Of a stretch of 64,000 nucleotides of DNA, positions 1-9,058 are shown piece after piece. The position numbers were made by a program, and so were the translations under genes. Each line of letters begins with the position of its first letter. Position 1 is the stretch's first letter. The notes under the pieces are model-generated. The model made no database searches and was not told where the DNA came from. It saw only the letters and a list, made by a program, of their open reading frames with translations. Origin of the DNA: a virus (taxonomy: Duplodnaviria; Caudoviricetes). The DNA lies in the IMG/VR virus record IMGVR_UViG_2907233695_000001, positions 100,119 to 164,118 of that record; one strand, 5' to 3'.

Positions 1-1650
1 TCGAAATTTTCCAAGGTCGATTATGTGAATAGTTGGCTACTGTCAGAAGATAAGGACATTCATGGCTATTTTGAGGATGTGCAGTTGCGTAGACCATCGT
101 TGAGTTACCCTAGACAAATATTGTGTGCCTCAGAGTTGGTTAACTTGTTAATGATCTCGAAACATCAACCGTTAGAAGTAGTAACTCCAATCATTGAACC
201 TGCGGCACCTCCTATTCCTGCTGCGATTGAATCGCCTGTGTCAGAGGAAGATAAGAGCAACCCATTTGCGCTCTTTCCAAGAGGTTCGAAACTGGTACGT
301 GAAAATGATGTTAACTTTGCATCGAATCTAAATAATGCCCTTAAAAAACTTTCATTGACCACAGCAGATGTTGTAGTACAAAAATTTCAACATGGGGCAA
401 CCACACAAAAAATTACATTTAGTTTACCTGCTGGATTAAAATTGTCAGACTTAACGAAGTCAACACAGAATATTCAAGTGGAGCTTGGAATGAATAGCAT
501 AAGTTTTGAACAAGGCGATGTCGCAGGTACGGCTAACATTATTATCCCACAAGAGGATAGAGAAATGGTATTCGTTCGTGATTGCAGTGAATCATTAGCA
601 TTTCAGGAGAAGACGAAAAAGTATGAGTTGCCAATATTCTTTGGAGTGGATACCGCTGGAGAAATCGTCATGACTTGTCTTACCATGATAAAGCATCTTC
701 TAATCGCTGGTACAACTGGTTCAGGGAAGAGTTATTTTCTAAATACGTTGCTTGTTGTGCTATTCTCACTTGTTAGTCCTGACATGCTAAAAGTGTATAT
801 GCTTGATCCAAAAAAAGTTGAGTTATCAGGATACAGGTCGTTTCCCCACGTCCAGAATGTTTATACTGAAATGAACGAAGCCGAAGGTGTGCTGTTCTTC
901 TTGTGTGCGAAAATGGAGGAGCGTTACTCGTTATTCGAACAAAAGGGCTATAAAAATATTCAACAATATAACAAGCATGAGAAAGTGAAACTCCCCTACC
1001 TTCTACTAGTCATCGATGAGTTGGCTGATTTGATGTCAACAAACTCTGAAGTGGAGGAGTATTTGGTTAGATTAGCTCAAAAGGCCAGAGCAGCAGGAAT
1101 CCACCTTATAATTGCAACACAATATCCAATTAGAGAGGTTGTAACACCGCTCATCAAGCGGAACATTTATTCTCGCGTATGTCTTATGTTAGACAGTTCA
1201 ACAGCGTATCGTGTTGTGCTTGACGAGGCTCCTAAGTACACGCTTCTTGGTAAAGGAGATGGAATGTATCGGCTTGAGGGTATCCAAGGCATACACAGGT
1301 TCCAAGGGGCTGTAATAGGCAAGGATGACGATGAGCAGGAAAAAGCAATTGAGAGATTGTCGTCATTTTGGAAAAGCGACAACAAAAAAGAAGTTATTGA
1401 TCTTGAGGCTGCTAGGAATAAGAAACGTAACGATGAAACCAAGGCGTTCAGAAAAGTCGTACTCGAAACAGGTGAAACACGGATATCAGAATTGCCGAAA
1501 GTGTTGGAAATGAGAACAGAAAAAGTCAAAGCATATATGGATGAATTGGTCATATTAGGTTGGGTTAAGAAGCATAGTGCTAGATCGAAGGGATATGAAT
1601 TACTACTCTCCCCTGAACAACGTAAAGTTGAACTTGAAAAATTAAAATGA
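1..1650 (+). CDS. FtsK/SpoIIIE-family ATPase domain protein, 5'-truncated by window edge
   Basis: HLLIAGTTGSGKS Walker A, LLLVIDELADL Walker B, LAQKARAAGIHLIIATQ, LLGKGDG; frame is open from base 1, so the true start is probably upstream. Confidence 0.88.
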   Translation, partial: SKFSKVDYVNSWLLSEDKDIHGYFEDVQLRRPSLSYPRQILCASELVNLLMISKHQPLEVVTPIIEPAAPPIPAAIESPVSEEDKSNPFALFPRGSKLVRENDVNFASNLNNALKKLSLTTADVVVQKFQHGATTQKITFSLPAGLKLSDLTKSTQNIQVELGMNSISFEQGDVAGTANIIIPQEDREMVFVRDCSESLAFQEKTKKYELPIFFGVDTAGEIVMTCLTMIKHLLIAGTTGSGKSYFLNTLLVVLFSLVSPDMLKVYMLDPKKVELSGYRSFPHVQNVYTEMNEAEGVLFFLCAKMEERYSLFEQKGYKNIQQYNKHEKVKLPYLLLVIDELADLMSTNSEVEEYLVRLAQKARAAGIHLIIATQYPIREVVTPLIKRNIYSRVCLMLDSSTAYRVVLDEAPKYTLLGKGDGMYRLEGIQGIHRFQGAVIGKDDDEQEKAIERLSSFWKSDNKKEVIDLEAARNKKRNDETKAFRKVVLETGETRISELPKVLEMRTEKVKAYMDELVILGWVKKHSARSKGYELLLSPEQRKVELEKLK

Positions 1651-1661
1651 GGTGAAATTGA

Positions 1662-1868
1662 ATGGTTCTGAAAATGAATGGAATTCCATTAACTATTGAT
1701 GATAGTGGAGTAAATGTTAAGTTGGATATCGCTGAAATTATTCATACGCCGATTAACGTTGATATTACGTATGCTGGTCATCATTTGATTAATGGAGATA
1801 TCAACATGATAAATTTCTGGAGTCATGCTTACGATCATGCTGTTAGTGCTATAGGAAGTCTATTTTAA
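1662..1868 (+). CDS. hypothetical protein
   Basis: 68 aa, GAGGTG RBS, directly after FtsK gene. Confidence 0.6.
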   Translation: MVLKMNGIPLTIDDSGVNVKLDIAEIIHTPINVDITYAGHHLINGDINMINFWSHAYDHAVSAIGSLF

Positions 1869-1873
1869 GGAGG

Positions 1874-2059
1874 GTGACGAACATGCTTGGGACTCTAATA
1901 GTCGTTAATTTGATTACAGGGGTTGTCGGAGCTACTTACATGGGAGCATCACTTGGGAGTAAAATGGGCAAAAGATTGAATAAAAAAATTCATGGTAAGT
2001 ATTCAAAGTATAATGAGATAGTGACCATCGCTAAAGGGTCTGATTTGAGGCTCAAATGA
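1874..2059 (+). CDS. small membrane protein
   Basis: AGGAGG RBS + GTG, N-terminal hydrophobic helix then basic tail. Confidence 0.6.
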   Translation: MTNMLGTLIVVNLITGVVGATYMGASLGSKMGKRLNKKIHGKYSKYNEIVTIAKGSDLRLK

Positions 2060-2463
2060 AAAAACATTTTTACACATTCGACGTTGGTTATTCATGCGTA
2101 CCTGATGACGATGACAGTGAATACGGTGGATGGGACTTTAGAGAGTATGAAAGCATTTTCGAGGCCGTAAACACCATGCTGTCCGAATATGGACATTTGG
2201 AATTTCATATTCAGCATTTAGAGAAAAATTATGCTTCAATATACTTTCCCAAAGTGGATGATGTAAGCGATAACGGAATTATTTTTAAGATATATCGTAT
2301 GGGGTCTACTCCGTCTAAGGTGGAATTCATATGTGACTCTTGCTTCAGAAAAAATGTGGTAGTTGAATGCGATGATTGCAAGGAATTGCATTTGTGCCTT
2401 AATTGCGATTATTGTTCCACTTGTTGGGAACATAAATTTGAAGATGAGGAAGAAAATGCATAG
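2056..2463 (+). CDS. hypothetical Cys-rich (Zn-binding) protein
   Basis: Four CxxC pairs at C-terminus; ATGA overlap with previous gene. Confidence 0.6.
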   Translation: MKKHFYTFDVGYSCVPDDDDSEYGGWDFREYESIFEAVNTMLSEYGHLEFHIQHLEKNYASIYFPKVDDVSDNGIIFKIYRMGSTPSKVEFICDSCFRKNVVVECDDCKELHLCLNCDYCSTCWEHKFEDEEENA

Positions 2464-2466
2464 AAA

Positions 2467-2486
2467 AATGAAATCATTATTTTAAT
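2467..2486. repeat. 7-6-7 quasi-palindrome copy 1 (AATGAAA-tcatta-TTTTAAT)
   Basis: Matches motif repeated at 11334, 23260, 25751, 29428, 47402, 59335. Confidence 0.65.
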
Positions 2487-2487
2487 G

Positions 2488-2520
2488 GAATCCATTTTTG
2501 TGGATTCTTTATTTTTTATT
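2488..2520 (+). terminator. intrinsic terminator
   Basis: GAATCCA-tttttg-TGGATTC followed by T-rich tract. Confidence 0.6.
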
Positions 2521-2530
2521 TTGAAAAGTA

Positions 2531-2560
2531 TTGACCTTTAAAAGCAAAAGATGGTAATTT
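2531..2560 (+). promoter_or_regulatory. putative sigmaA promoter upstream of the yonO operon
   Basis: TTGACC-18 nt-TAATTT with TG extension. Confidence 0.4.
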
Positions 2561-2649
2561 AAGTGTGCAGGGAACAACTACCAAATGTACCTGCCGAATC
2601 TAAATCTTAGAGGGAGTGATAAAATGAAAAATACAAAGGAGAAGATTAA

Positions 2650-2931
2650 ATGGGAAAAGGTAAACATTCGAGATTAACATGGGAAGACCTCTATTATGAT
2701 GGACTGATTGATGAACGGTATGAGATTTTCGATGAAGAGTCACAGAAAATTTTTAATGTAAGAGTAAATGATGGATGGGATCATCATCTACGAGATAAAA
2801 AATACATAGACGAGTGTAATTGTAACGATGACCACTTTATTGAACTGAAAAATATGTGCGAGGACTCCCCTTATTATAGAAAGCCGTTTGATCCTAAAAC
2901 AGATGATGTCTTTGTCTTTATAAATAAATAA
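2650..2931 (+). CDS. hypothetical protein
   Basis: 93 aa ORF with AAGGAG RBS. Confidence 0.6.
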   Translation: MGKGKHSRLTWEDLYYDGLIDERYEIFDEESQKIFNVRVNDGWDHHLRDKKYIDECNCNDDHFIELKNMCEDSPYYRKPFDPKTDDVFVFINK

Positions 2932-2978
2932 TACATATCAACTTTTTTTAACAAAAATAATCAGGAGTGATACATACG

Positions 2979-3119
2979 ATGAAAAACAAAGAACAATATA
3001 TTATTTGTGATGAAGAGTTGGATAACTATTATAACGGTGATGATGAAACCGAAGAATCCGTTGCTGCTGGTCTTGGTTTCAACGTAGACGATGAAGGAAA
3101 TTGGGTTCCAATGGACTAG
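2979..3119 (+). CDS. small acidic hypothetical protein (46 aa, not in ORF track)
   Basis: AGGAGTG RBS, MKNKEQYIICDEELDNYY...WVPMD*, fills gap before yonO. Confidence 0.55.
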   Translation: MKNKEQYIICDEELDNYYNGDDETEESVAAGLGFNVDDEGNWVPMD

Positions 3120-3134
3120 AGGGGGATAAATTAT

Positions 3135-5726
3135 TTGAATAATAGTTTGCATAAGCCTGTATACATACCGTCAATTGAAGCAAATGATATTTATTCGCAC
3201 ATGCATCGAGATAAGGACATTGATCGTAAGTATGTGGGGATGATTCCAAGTAGCTTAGAATTGAATAAATTAGTAAGTATTGGTCTTTCCATGTATAAAA
3301 AGAAGCCAAGTGAGAAATTTCTATCAGACGATATTATTAACGTTAAGTTTAAGCAGAAGGTTAAATCAGCAGATGAAATGGTATCACAGATTAAGAAGAA
3401 GATCAATCTGCTTACAGATAATCAGGCTGATTACAAAAATAAATTAGAAGAATTCGTACAACTATTGAAACAGGAAAAAATTCTTCCCAAATGGAAAGAA
3501 GTAAGTAATGACCAATTAAGAAAACTATTATACGAGAATGGCTTCGTTCTAACTTCAATTGATGACAAAACAGACGCTATTATTAAAACAAGATATGTGG
3601 TTTACAAGAGGAGTTCCGCAAAGAGTCGAGTTGGAGAGTGCTTGTTTATTAAAGAGACCTTATACGATGAGATGATAAATTGGAGTCGTATGAACCTCCC
3701 TCTTCAGGATGTTAAGGTGGATGTTCCTAGTTTGCTTGCGTATCAATCCCTAGTTGGTTCGTCTCTCGATGATGTTGTAAAAATTCATCCTAATAATATT
3801 CTCTTGGTCGATGACATTGAGAGTAAATTCTTAAGAAAGTGCAATGTTGTCCGAAAGGGCGAAAATGGATTGCTGGACAGTTTTCAAGAAGATATTGTAA
3901 TTTCTAATAGTTTGTTTGATGGCGAATCGCTGTTAGATAGCAGTTACTTCCCTGAAGATAAAGGAATGATGTTGCTTCGTAATCACATGTTTAAATCAGC
4001 AGCCTTCAATTGCAATATTCAATCGTATCTAAGGGATAACTGTCCAGAAGGTATCAACTTCGATGAGTGGAAAATAAAAAACGCGTATAATGAAGTCTTC
4101 GCAAAGGATATTCATTTAATAATTACTCCAAGCAGTTTAAAGGCTTTAAAATTTAGTCACGCAGTTGGTAACGATTCAGAAATGTTTAGTTATTGGAAGA
4201 ATTATATTTCTGACGTAAGCATTGACGGAGCATCACTCTTTGGTGTTGTTAAGAGTGAAAAGAAATCTAAGCATGGGTTAAATGAGAGTGGAGAAATCCT
4301 TCAGCAAACATCGTATCAAATGCTCAATAGTATGCCAGTAAATAAAAATGACATCCATGAACTTGCTGAATACGAAAATACATATATTGAAAAATTAAAA
4401 AATGACGATGACTTTTTTGTTCAACACATCTTAAAGTCTGTCACCACTGTAAATAGTAACGCTATGTTTGCTGATCTTTATTACCGTAACAAGAAAATTG
4501 CACATACGAAGATATTTAAAGATTTCCGCAAGGCCGAGGTTAATAAGCACCTGACTCATATTAAACATGGAAAGATTAGATTGCACGGTGATTACTGCAC
4601 GATGTTAGGGAATCCAATGGAATTTCTGGTTCATTCCATTGGGCGCTTAAATATTTGTGAGGATGAATCCAGTCTTAAAGAAAATGAAATATACACTACT
4701 TTATTTGAGTTTAACAAGTGTTTGGTGGGCTTTAGAAATCCTCACACAAGTCCTAGTAATGTATTAGTAGTCAAAAACACTTATAATGCGGAGATTGAGA
4801 AATATTTTAACTTAACTGACAACATCGTTTGTGTCAACGCAATTAATTTCCCATTGCAAGACATATTAAGCGGTTCTGATTATGATTCAGATACATTGCT
4901 ACTATTCGATAATTCGAAAATGCTTGAGTTAGCAATGAATTGCTTTGGCAAATACAATGTCTGCATTAACAAGGTTGAGAGCAGCAAAAGGCAATATAAC
5001 TTAACCGAATCAGATATGGCAATCATTGATAACCAATTGTCAATGAGTCAAAAGAATATTGGCAGAGTCGTAAACCTTGGGCAATTTTGTATGTCAAAGT
5101 ATTGGGACTTATTGAACAAAGGAGTGAATAAAGACAACCTTACTGATTTATTGAAGAAAATAGATATTATGACTGTTTTAAGTGGCATATGCATTGATTT
5201 GGCAAAGAAATTCTATGATATTGATATTAATCAAGAGGTTGAGCAAGTTGCAAAAACAAAGGAATTAAATTGTCGGAAGCCTCTGTTCTGGAAATACGTT
5301 AGCCAGAACAAGGAAATAAAAACATTTGAGATGCAATGCCCCATGGATTATCTATACATAGAGTTTTCAGACGTTAAATATGCTGAGACGCGAGAAAGTA
5401 TATCTCTGAATGAACTACTCGTGAAGCATAAAATAAAAGATGGAGATAGAAATCAGGAACAAAAAATAATCAAATACGTTGAGGAAATGAGCAATAAGAT
5501 AATTAAGGTGTACATTAATATAGCCGATGAAGACGAAAGAAATCACATTTTAGATGATATAATCAAGTATTACGACTTCTATATTAGCAAATTAAAGGTT
5601 AAACCGGAAACAATGTATGCAATTTTATCAAAGATACAGAAAAATAAAAGTAAAGTGTCAACAAGATTGATGAATGTCTTATATAGAACACAGAAAAACA
5701 TTTTTTTAAATGCAATTAATACATAA
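3135..5726 (+). CDS. yonO: YonO-like single-subunit DNA-dependent RNA polymerase
   Basis: 863 aa; YKRSSAKSRVG, FDGESL, LLRNHMFKSAAF, FRNPH and catalytic GSDYDSD (DxDxD) motifs; immediately upstream of HU as in SPbeta. Confidence 0.88.
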   Translation: MNNSLHKPVYIPSIEANDIYSHMHRDKDIDRKYVGMIPSSLELNKLVSIGLSMYKKKPSEKFLSDDIINVKFKQKVKSADEMVSQIKKKINLLTDNQADYKNKLEEFVQLLKQEKILPKWKEVSNDQLRKLLYENGFVLTSIDDKTDAIIKTRYVVYKRSSAKSRVGECLFIKETLYDEMINWSRMNLPLQDVKVDVPSLLAYQSLVGSSLDDVVKIHPNNILLVDDIESKFLRKCNVVRKGENGLLDSFQEDIVISNSLFDGESLLDSSYFPEDKGMMLLRNHMFKSAAFNCNIQSYLRDNCPEGINFDEWKIKNAYNEVFAKDIHLIITPSSLKALKFSHAVGNDSEMFSYWKNYISDVSIDGASLFGVVKSEKKSKHGLNESGEILQQTSYQMLNSMPVNKNDIHELAEYENTYIEKLKNDDDFFVQHILKSVTTVNSNAMFADLYYRNKKIAHTKIFKDFRKAEVNKHLTHIKHGKIRLHGDYCTMLGNPMEFLVHSIGRLNICEDESSLKENEIYTTLFEFNKCLVGFRNPHTSPSNVLVVKNTYNAEIEKYFNLTDNIVCVNAINFPLQDILSGSDYDSDTLLLFDNSKMLELAMNCFGKYNVCINKVESSKRQYNLTESDMAIIDNQLSMSQKNIGRVVNLGQFCMSKYWDLLNKGVNKDNLTDLLKKIDIMTVLSGICIDLAKKFYDIDINQEVEQVAKTKELNCRKPLFWKYVSQNKEIKTFEMQCPMDYLYIEFSDVKYAETRESISLNELLVKHKIKDGDRNQEQKIIKYVEEMSNKIIKVYINIADEDERNHILDDIIKYYDFYISKLKVKPETMYAILSKIQKNKSKVSTRLMNVLYRTQKNIFLNAINT

Positions 5727-5906
5727 AAATACACACTTTTTAGAAAAGAGGTCGAAAAAACCCTTATTTTTACTGGATTTTTCGGTACATGCAAAGGTTT
5801 TTATATAGTAAGATATGTTTTTACATATTTTACGTACATTATTTTAACATGCGAAGCGGAACTCCGCTTTAAAAACTAAATTATAATCCAAAGGGAGAAA
5901 TAAACA

Positions 5907-6182
5907 ATGAAAAAAGAAGATTTGATTTTGAAATTTGCAGGTAAAACAGGTCATTCCAAGAAAGATGCTACAGTTTGCGTAGACGCATTCCTAGATTGTA
6001 TCGTTGAAGGACTTGACGAAGATGGTGTAGTGGATATCACTAAGGTGCTGAAACTAACCGTAAAAGAAACTTCTGCACGTAAAGGTCGCAATCCTCAAAC
6101 TGGCGAAGAAATTGAAATTCCTAAAGGTAAGAAAATCGCATTCAAAGCATTGAAACGTCTAGATGAAGTTGTAGGCAAATAA
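5907..6182 (+). CDS. hup: HU family DNA-binding protein (YonN-like)
   Basis: ARKGRNPQTGEEIEIP signature, 91 aa. Confidence 0.95.
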   Translation: MKKEDLILKFAGKTGHSKKDATVCVDAFLDCIVEGLDEDGVVDITKVLKLTVKETSARKGRNPQTGEEIEIPKGKKIAFKALKRLDEVVGK

Positions 6183-6214
6183 CGTTATCCTCGCAAAGAG
6201 GCGCAATACATACA

Positions 6215-6250
6215 AAGAGGGTTAGCCGATTACGGTTAGCTCTCTTCCCC
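6215..6250 (+). terminator. stem-loop/terminator after HU
   Basis: AAGAGGGTTAGCCG-atta-CGGTTAGCTCTCTT. Confidence 0.5.
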
Positions 6251-6285
6251 ATTTCCTAATCTACCGTGAAAGGTAAAGACTGCCT

Positions 6286-7530
6286 ATGAAGAGCTATCTT
6301 GTAGATACCAACGTTATTCTTGATCAATATGAAATTCTCAACGATACAAAGTATGTTGTTTCGAGCCATGCTTTGCGTGAAATCGAGAAACATGAACATA
6401 GTCATAATCAAGAATTATCATATAAAGCGAGACAAGTAAAAAGATTTTTGGATGAGAATAGCAATATTTCGTATGACTTGAAAGATTATCATTTCAATTT
6501 AAACGAAATATTTGATAATTACTACGAAGATAACCGTATGCTTCAAGCGTGTGTTGAAAACGAATATGGATTAGTAACCAATGACATCCTGCTAAAACTT
6601 AAAGCAGAAGGATTTGGCATTGAGGTTGTCGTTCCAAGTCGAACAGATGTAACTCATGAACACTATAGAGGCGTGAAAGATATTTATTTTGATCGGAATA
6701 GTACAGAGGATCAAATTAAATTAGCCAGTATTTATGAATCACAGGAACAAAATGTATATGACTTGTCACTCAATGAGTACATTTCAATCTGGGATTTATC
6801 TAAACCAACATACGATGAAAACAATAAAGTAACCGGATATGAATTAATCGACCAACTAAAATGGGATGGCAATCGATTAATTAAAATCAAATATAAACAT
6901 GCAGAGAGCCGTTTTATGGGTAAAGTATCACCTATTAACTATAAGCAGCGTCTTTTATTTGATTTGTTGCAAAATCGCAATATTGGAATTAAACTCTGCC
7001 AAGGTAACTTTGGCACAGGAAAAGATTACTCCATGGTTGCTAACATGATTAAGTTAATTGAAGATAATGCATTTGAGAAAATGATATTCATTCGAAATAC
7101 AGAACCACTTGAAGGAAGCAAAGAATTAGGATTTTTGCCGGGGGATTTGATGGCAAAAATGGAACCGTGGGTCGGAATGATTGCTGACTGTCTAGGTGGG
7201 TATGAAGGATTACGAATGCTCGTTGAAAAAGGAAAAATTGAAATTGCTAACTTTTCTGCTTTACGTGGCAGAAGCTTTGCTAATTCAATTTTATACTGTA
7301 GCGAGGGACAGAATTTATCGTCCAATCATATGAAACTTATCATTTCTCGCGTAGGACAAGGTTCTGAACTGTGGATTAACGGGGACTTAAAGCAGCGAGA
7401 TAACAAGAGATATGATTCCGATAGCGGTATTCGAACACTTTACAAGTTGAAAGGCCACAAACTATTTGGCATGGTAACTTTGGATAAAAATGAACGTTCT
7501 AATGTTGCCTCGCTGGTTGAACTGCTTTAA
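6286..7530 (+). CDS. phoH: PIN-PhoH fusion protein (PhoH2-like)
   Basis: N-terminal YLVDTNVIL PIN motif; GNFGTGK P-loop, LGFLPGDL, LRGRSF, ISRVG, GDLKQ, ERS PhoH motifs. Confidence 0.88.
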   Translation: MKSYLVDTNVILDQYEILNDTKYVVSSHALREIEKHEHSHNQELSYKARQVKRFLDENSNISYDLKDYHFNLNEIFDNYYEDNRMLQACVENEYGLVTNDILLKLKAEGFGIEVVVPSRTDVTHEHYRGVKDIYFDRNSTEDQIKLASIYESQEQNVYDLSLNEYISIWDLSKPTYDENNKVTGYELIDQLKWDGNRLIKIKYKHAESRFMGKVSPINYKQRLLFDLLQNRNIGIKLCQGNFGTGKDYSMVANMIKLIEDNAFEKMIFIRNTEPLEGSKELGFLPGDLMAKMEPWVGMIADCLGGYEGLRMLVEKGKIEIANFSALRGRSFANSILYCSEGQNLSSNHMKLIISRVGQGSELWINGDLKQRDNKRYDSDSGIRTLYKLKGHKLFGMVTLDKNERSNVASLVELL

Positions 7531-7562
7531 TAATAAAAAATACTTAGGGAGATGTTTTATCC

Positions 7563-7727
7563 ATGTCTAGTGAAAAAATTGTTGGATTGAACCAAGTTCG
7601 TGAAGCACTATTCGCTATTTATCCCAATGCAACAAAAATTACAGTAACTATTGATGGGGATAAAATTAAAGTAGCACCAAACGAGGAATATGAAATTCCA
7701 GTTGGTGGATACGATTCAGAGGAGTGA
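7563..7727 (+). CDS. small hypothetical protein (54 aa, not in ORF track)
   Basis: GGGAGA RBS; MSSEKIVGLNQVREALF...YDSEE*; stop lies 4 nt before the next gene. Confidence 0.6.
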   Translation: MSSEKIVGLNQVREALFAIYPNATKITVTIDGDKIKVAPNEEYEIPVGGYDSEE

Positions 7728-7731
7728 TTGA

Positions 7732-8949
7732 ATGACTCCATCTGAATTAAACAAACTGGAAAATGAAACCATCAAAGACTTCAAGATTCGTATCTGTTCC
7801 AATAAAGAACATTATGGTCTAACTTGGGATGATATTCGTGATCTTATTAATAAGCAAACTGGCGATAACTACGGTGAATCTGCTTACCGCAAATGGTGGG
7901 CTGCATTTTCTGATGGTTTAGAGTTAGGAAAACAATCCGGTTTGGATAATGATCAAATCAAAGAGATCGAAGATAAAACTTTGGAGTTAAAAAAAGAGAG
8001 AATTAAACTTCAATCTGTGAGATTTGAGCCAAGCAGGGATTTGCGACTAGAGGCTAGAGACGAATTAATTGAAGAAAAAATTCTTAAGGCTATTGAGAAT
8101 AGGCAGACAATCCAAGTTCCTGACATCTACATTAGACCGAACACATTAAAAAGAGACTACCTCTTTACTCTCGCAGATATTCATTATGCAGCTAACTTCC
8201 AACTCTTAGGATGGATGGATGAAATCCTTAATGAATATAACCCTCAAATTGCACAAAGACGATTGTGGGACATTCTTGAGCTGTATGTTAACCAAAACGA
8301 CATTGATAACATTAATCATGTTCATTTGTTTAATTTAGGTGACAGCTTAGACGGTATTCTTCGTATGAGTCAGTTGCAATGGATCAAGATGGGAAATGTT
8401 GATTCGGCAATTGAGTTCGCAGAGTTTATGAGTACTTGGTTAAATGAATTATCTAAATACTCTAAAGTGGACTACTATGCCGTATCAGGCAATCATACGG
8501 AACTTCGATTACTTAACGGTAAACGAGGCGACTTCTCTAACGAAAATATGGAGAAAGTTGTTTCGCATATCATCTCATGCAATCTTAAAGACAATAAAAA
8601 CGTAAATATACATAAATGTAAAAATCACATGTATGTTGACATTCTAGGCACAAAAGTTCTTGCTGTTCATGGACATGACGAGCGAAATTTGAGCATGAGT
8701 TTAACAGAGTATCCTAAAATCTATGGTCATAACGTTGATTTAATGATAAGTGGGCATTTGCATCATACAGACAGCAAAACCGTTGGTATGAATGGGCTTA
8801 GGGATATTGAGTATATCCAATGTCAAAGCGTTGTTGGAATTGACGACTTCTCGTTAAAAATTAAAAAGACAGCAAATGCTGGAGCTAAGTTGATGGTCAT
8901 TAAAGAAGATGTGGGAAGATCGACCATTCATGATTTTAGAGTGAAATAA
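7732..8949 (+). CDS. yonJ: calcineurin-like metallophosphoesterase (YonJ-like)
   Basis: ADIH, LGDSLDG, SGNH, VHGH, SGHLH motifs; SPbeta synteny. Confidence 0.85.
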   Translation: MTPSELNKLENETIKDFKIRICSNKEHYGLTWDDIRDLINKQTGDNYGESAYRKWWAAFSDGLELGKQSGLDNDQIKEIEDKTLELKKERIKLQSVRFEPSRDLRLEARDELIEEKILKAIENRQTIQVPDIYIRPNTLKRDYLFTLADIHYAANFQLLGWMDEILNEYNPQIAQRRLWDILELYVNQNDIDNINHVHLFNLGDSLDGILRMSQLQWIKMGNVDSAIEFAEFMSTWLNELSKYSKVDYYAVSGNHTELRLLNGKRGDFSNENMEKVVSHIISCNLKDNKNVNIHKCKNHMYVDILGTKVLAVHGHDERNLSMSLTEYPKIYGHNVDLMISGHLHHTDSKTVGMNGLRDIEYIQCQSVVGIDDFSLKIKKTANAGAKLMVIKEDVGRSTIHDFRVK

Positions 8950-8950
8950 A

Positions 8951-9052
8951 TAGAGGTTTAGGTCATGTTGTGAAACACTATCCTCTACCTCCTTTTATAA
9001 GGGACTGCTTCTGTCGTGAGACATTAAGCGGTCTTTTTATTATTTAAGGAGG
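8951..9052 (+). promoter_or_regulatory. structured leader with anti-SD upstream of endonuclease
   Basis: CCTCCTT (8988-8994) complements AAGGAGG (9046-9052); two GTGA-tetraloop hairpins; terminator-like stem 9003-9033 + T tract. Confidence 0.55.
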
Positions 9053-9058
9053 ATAAAC

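Noticed and set aside
5722-5742. Eighth copy of the palindrome after yonO
   Set aside because: Spacer is 7 nt and the G/C asymmetry is absent, so it was not counted
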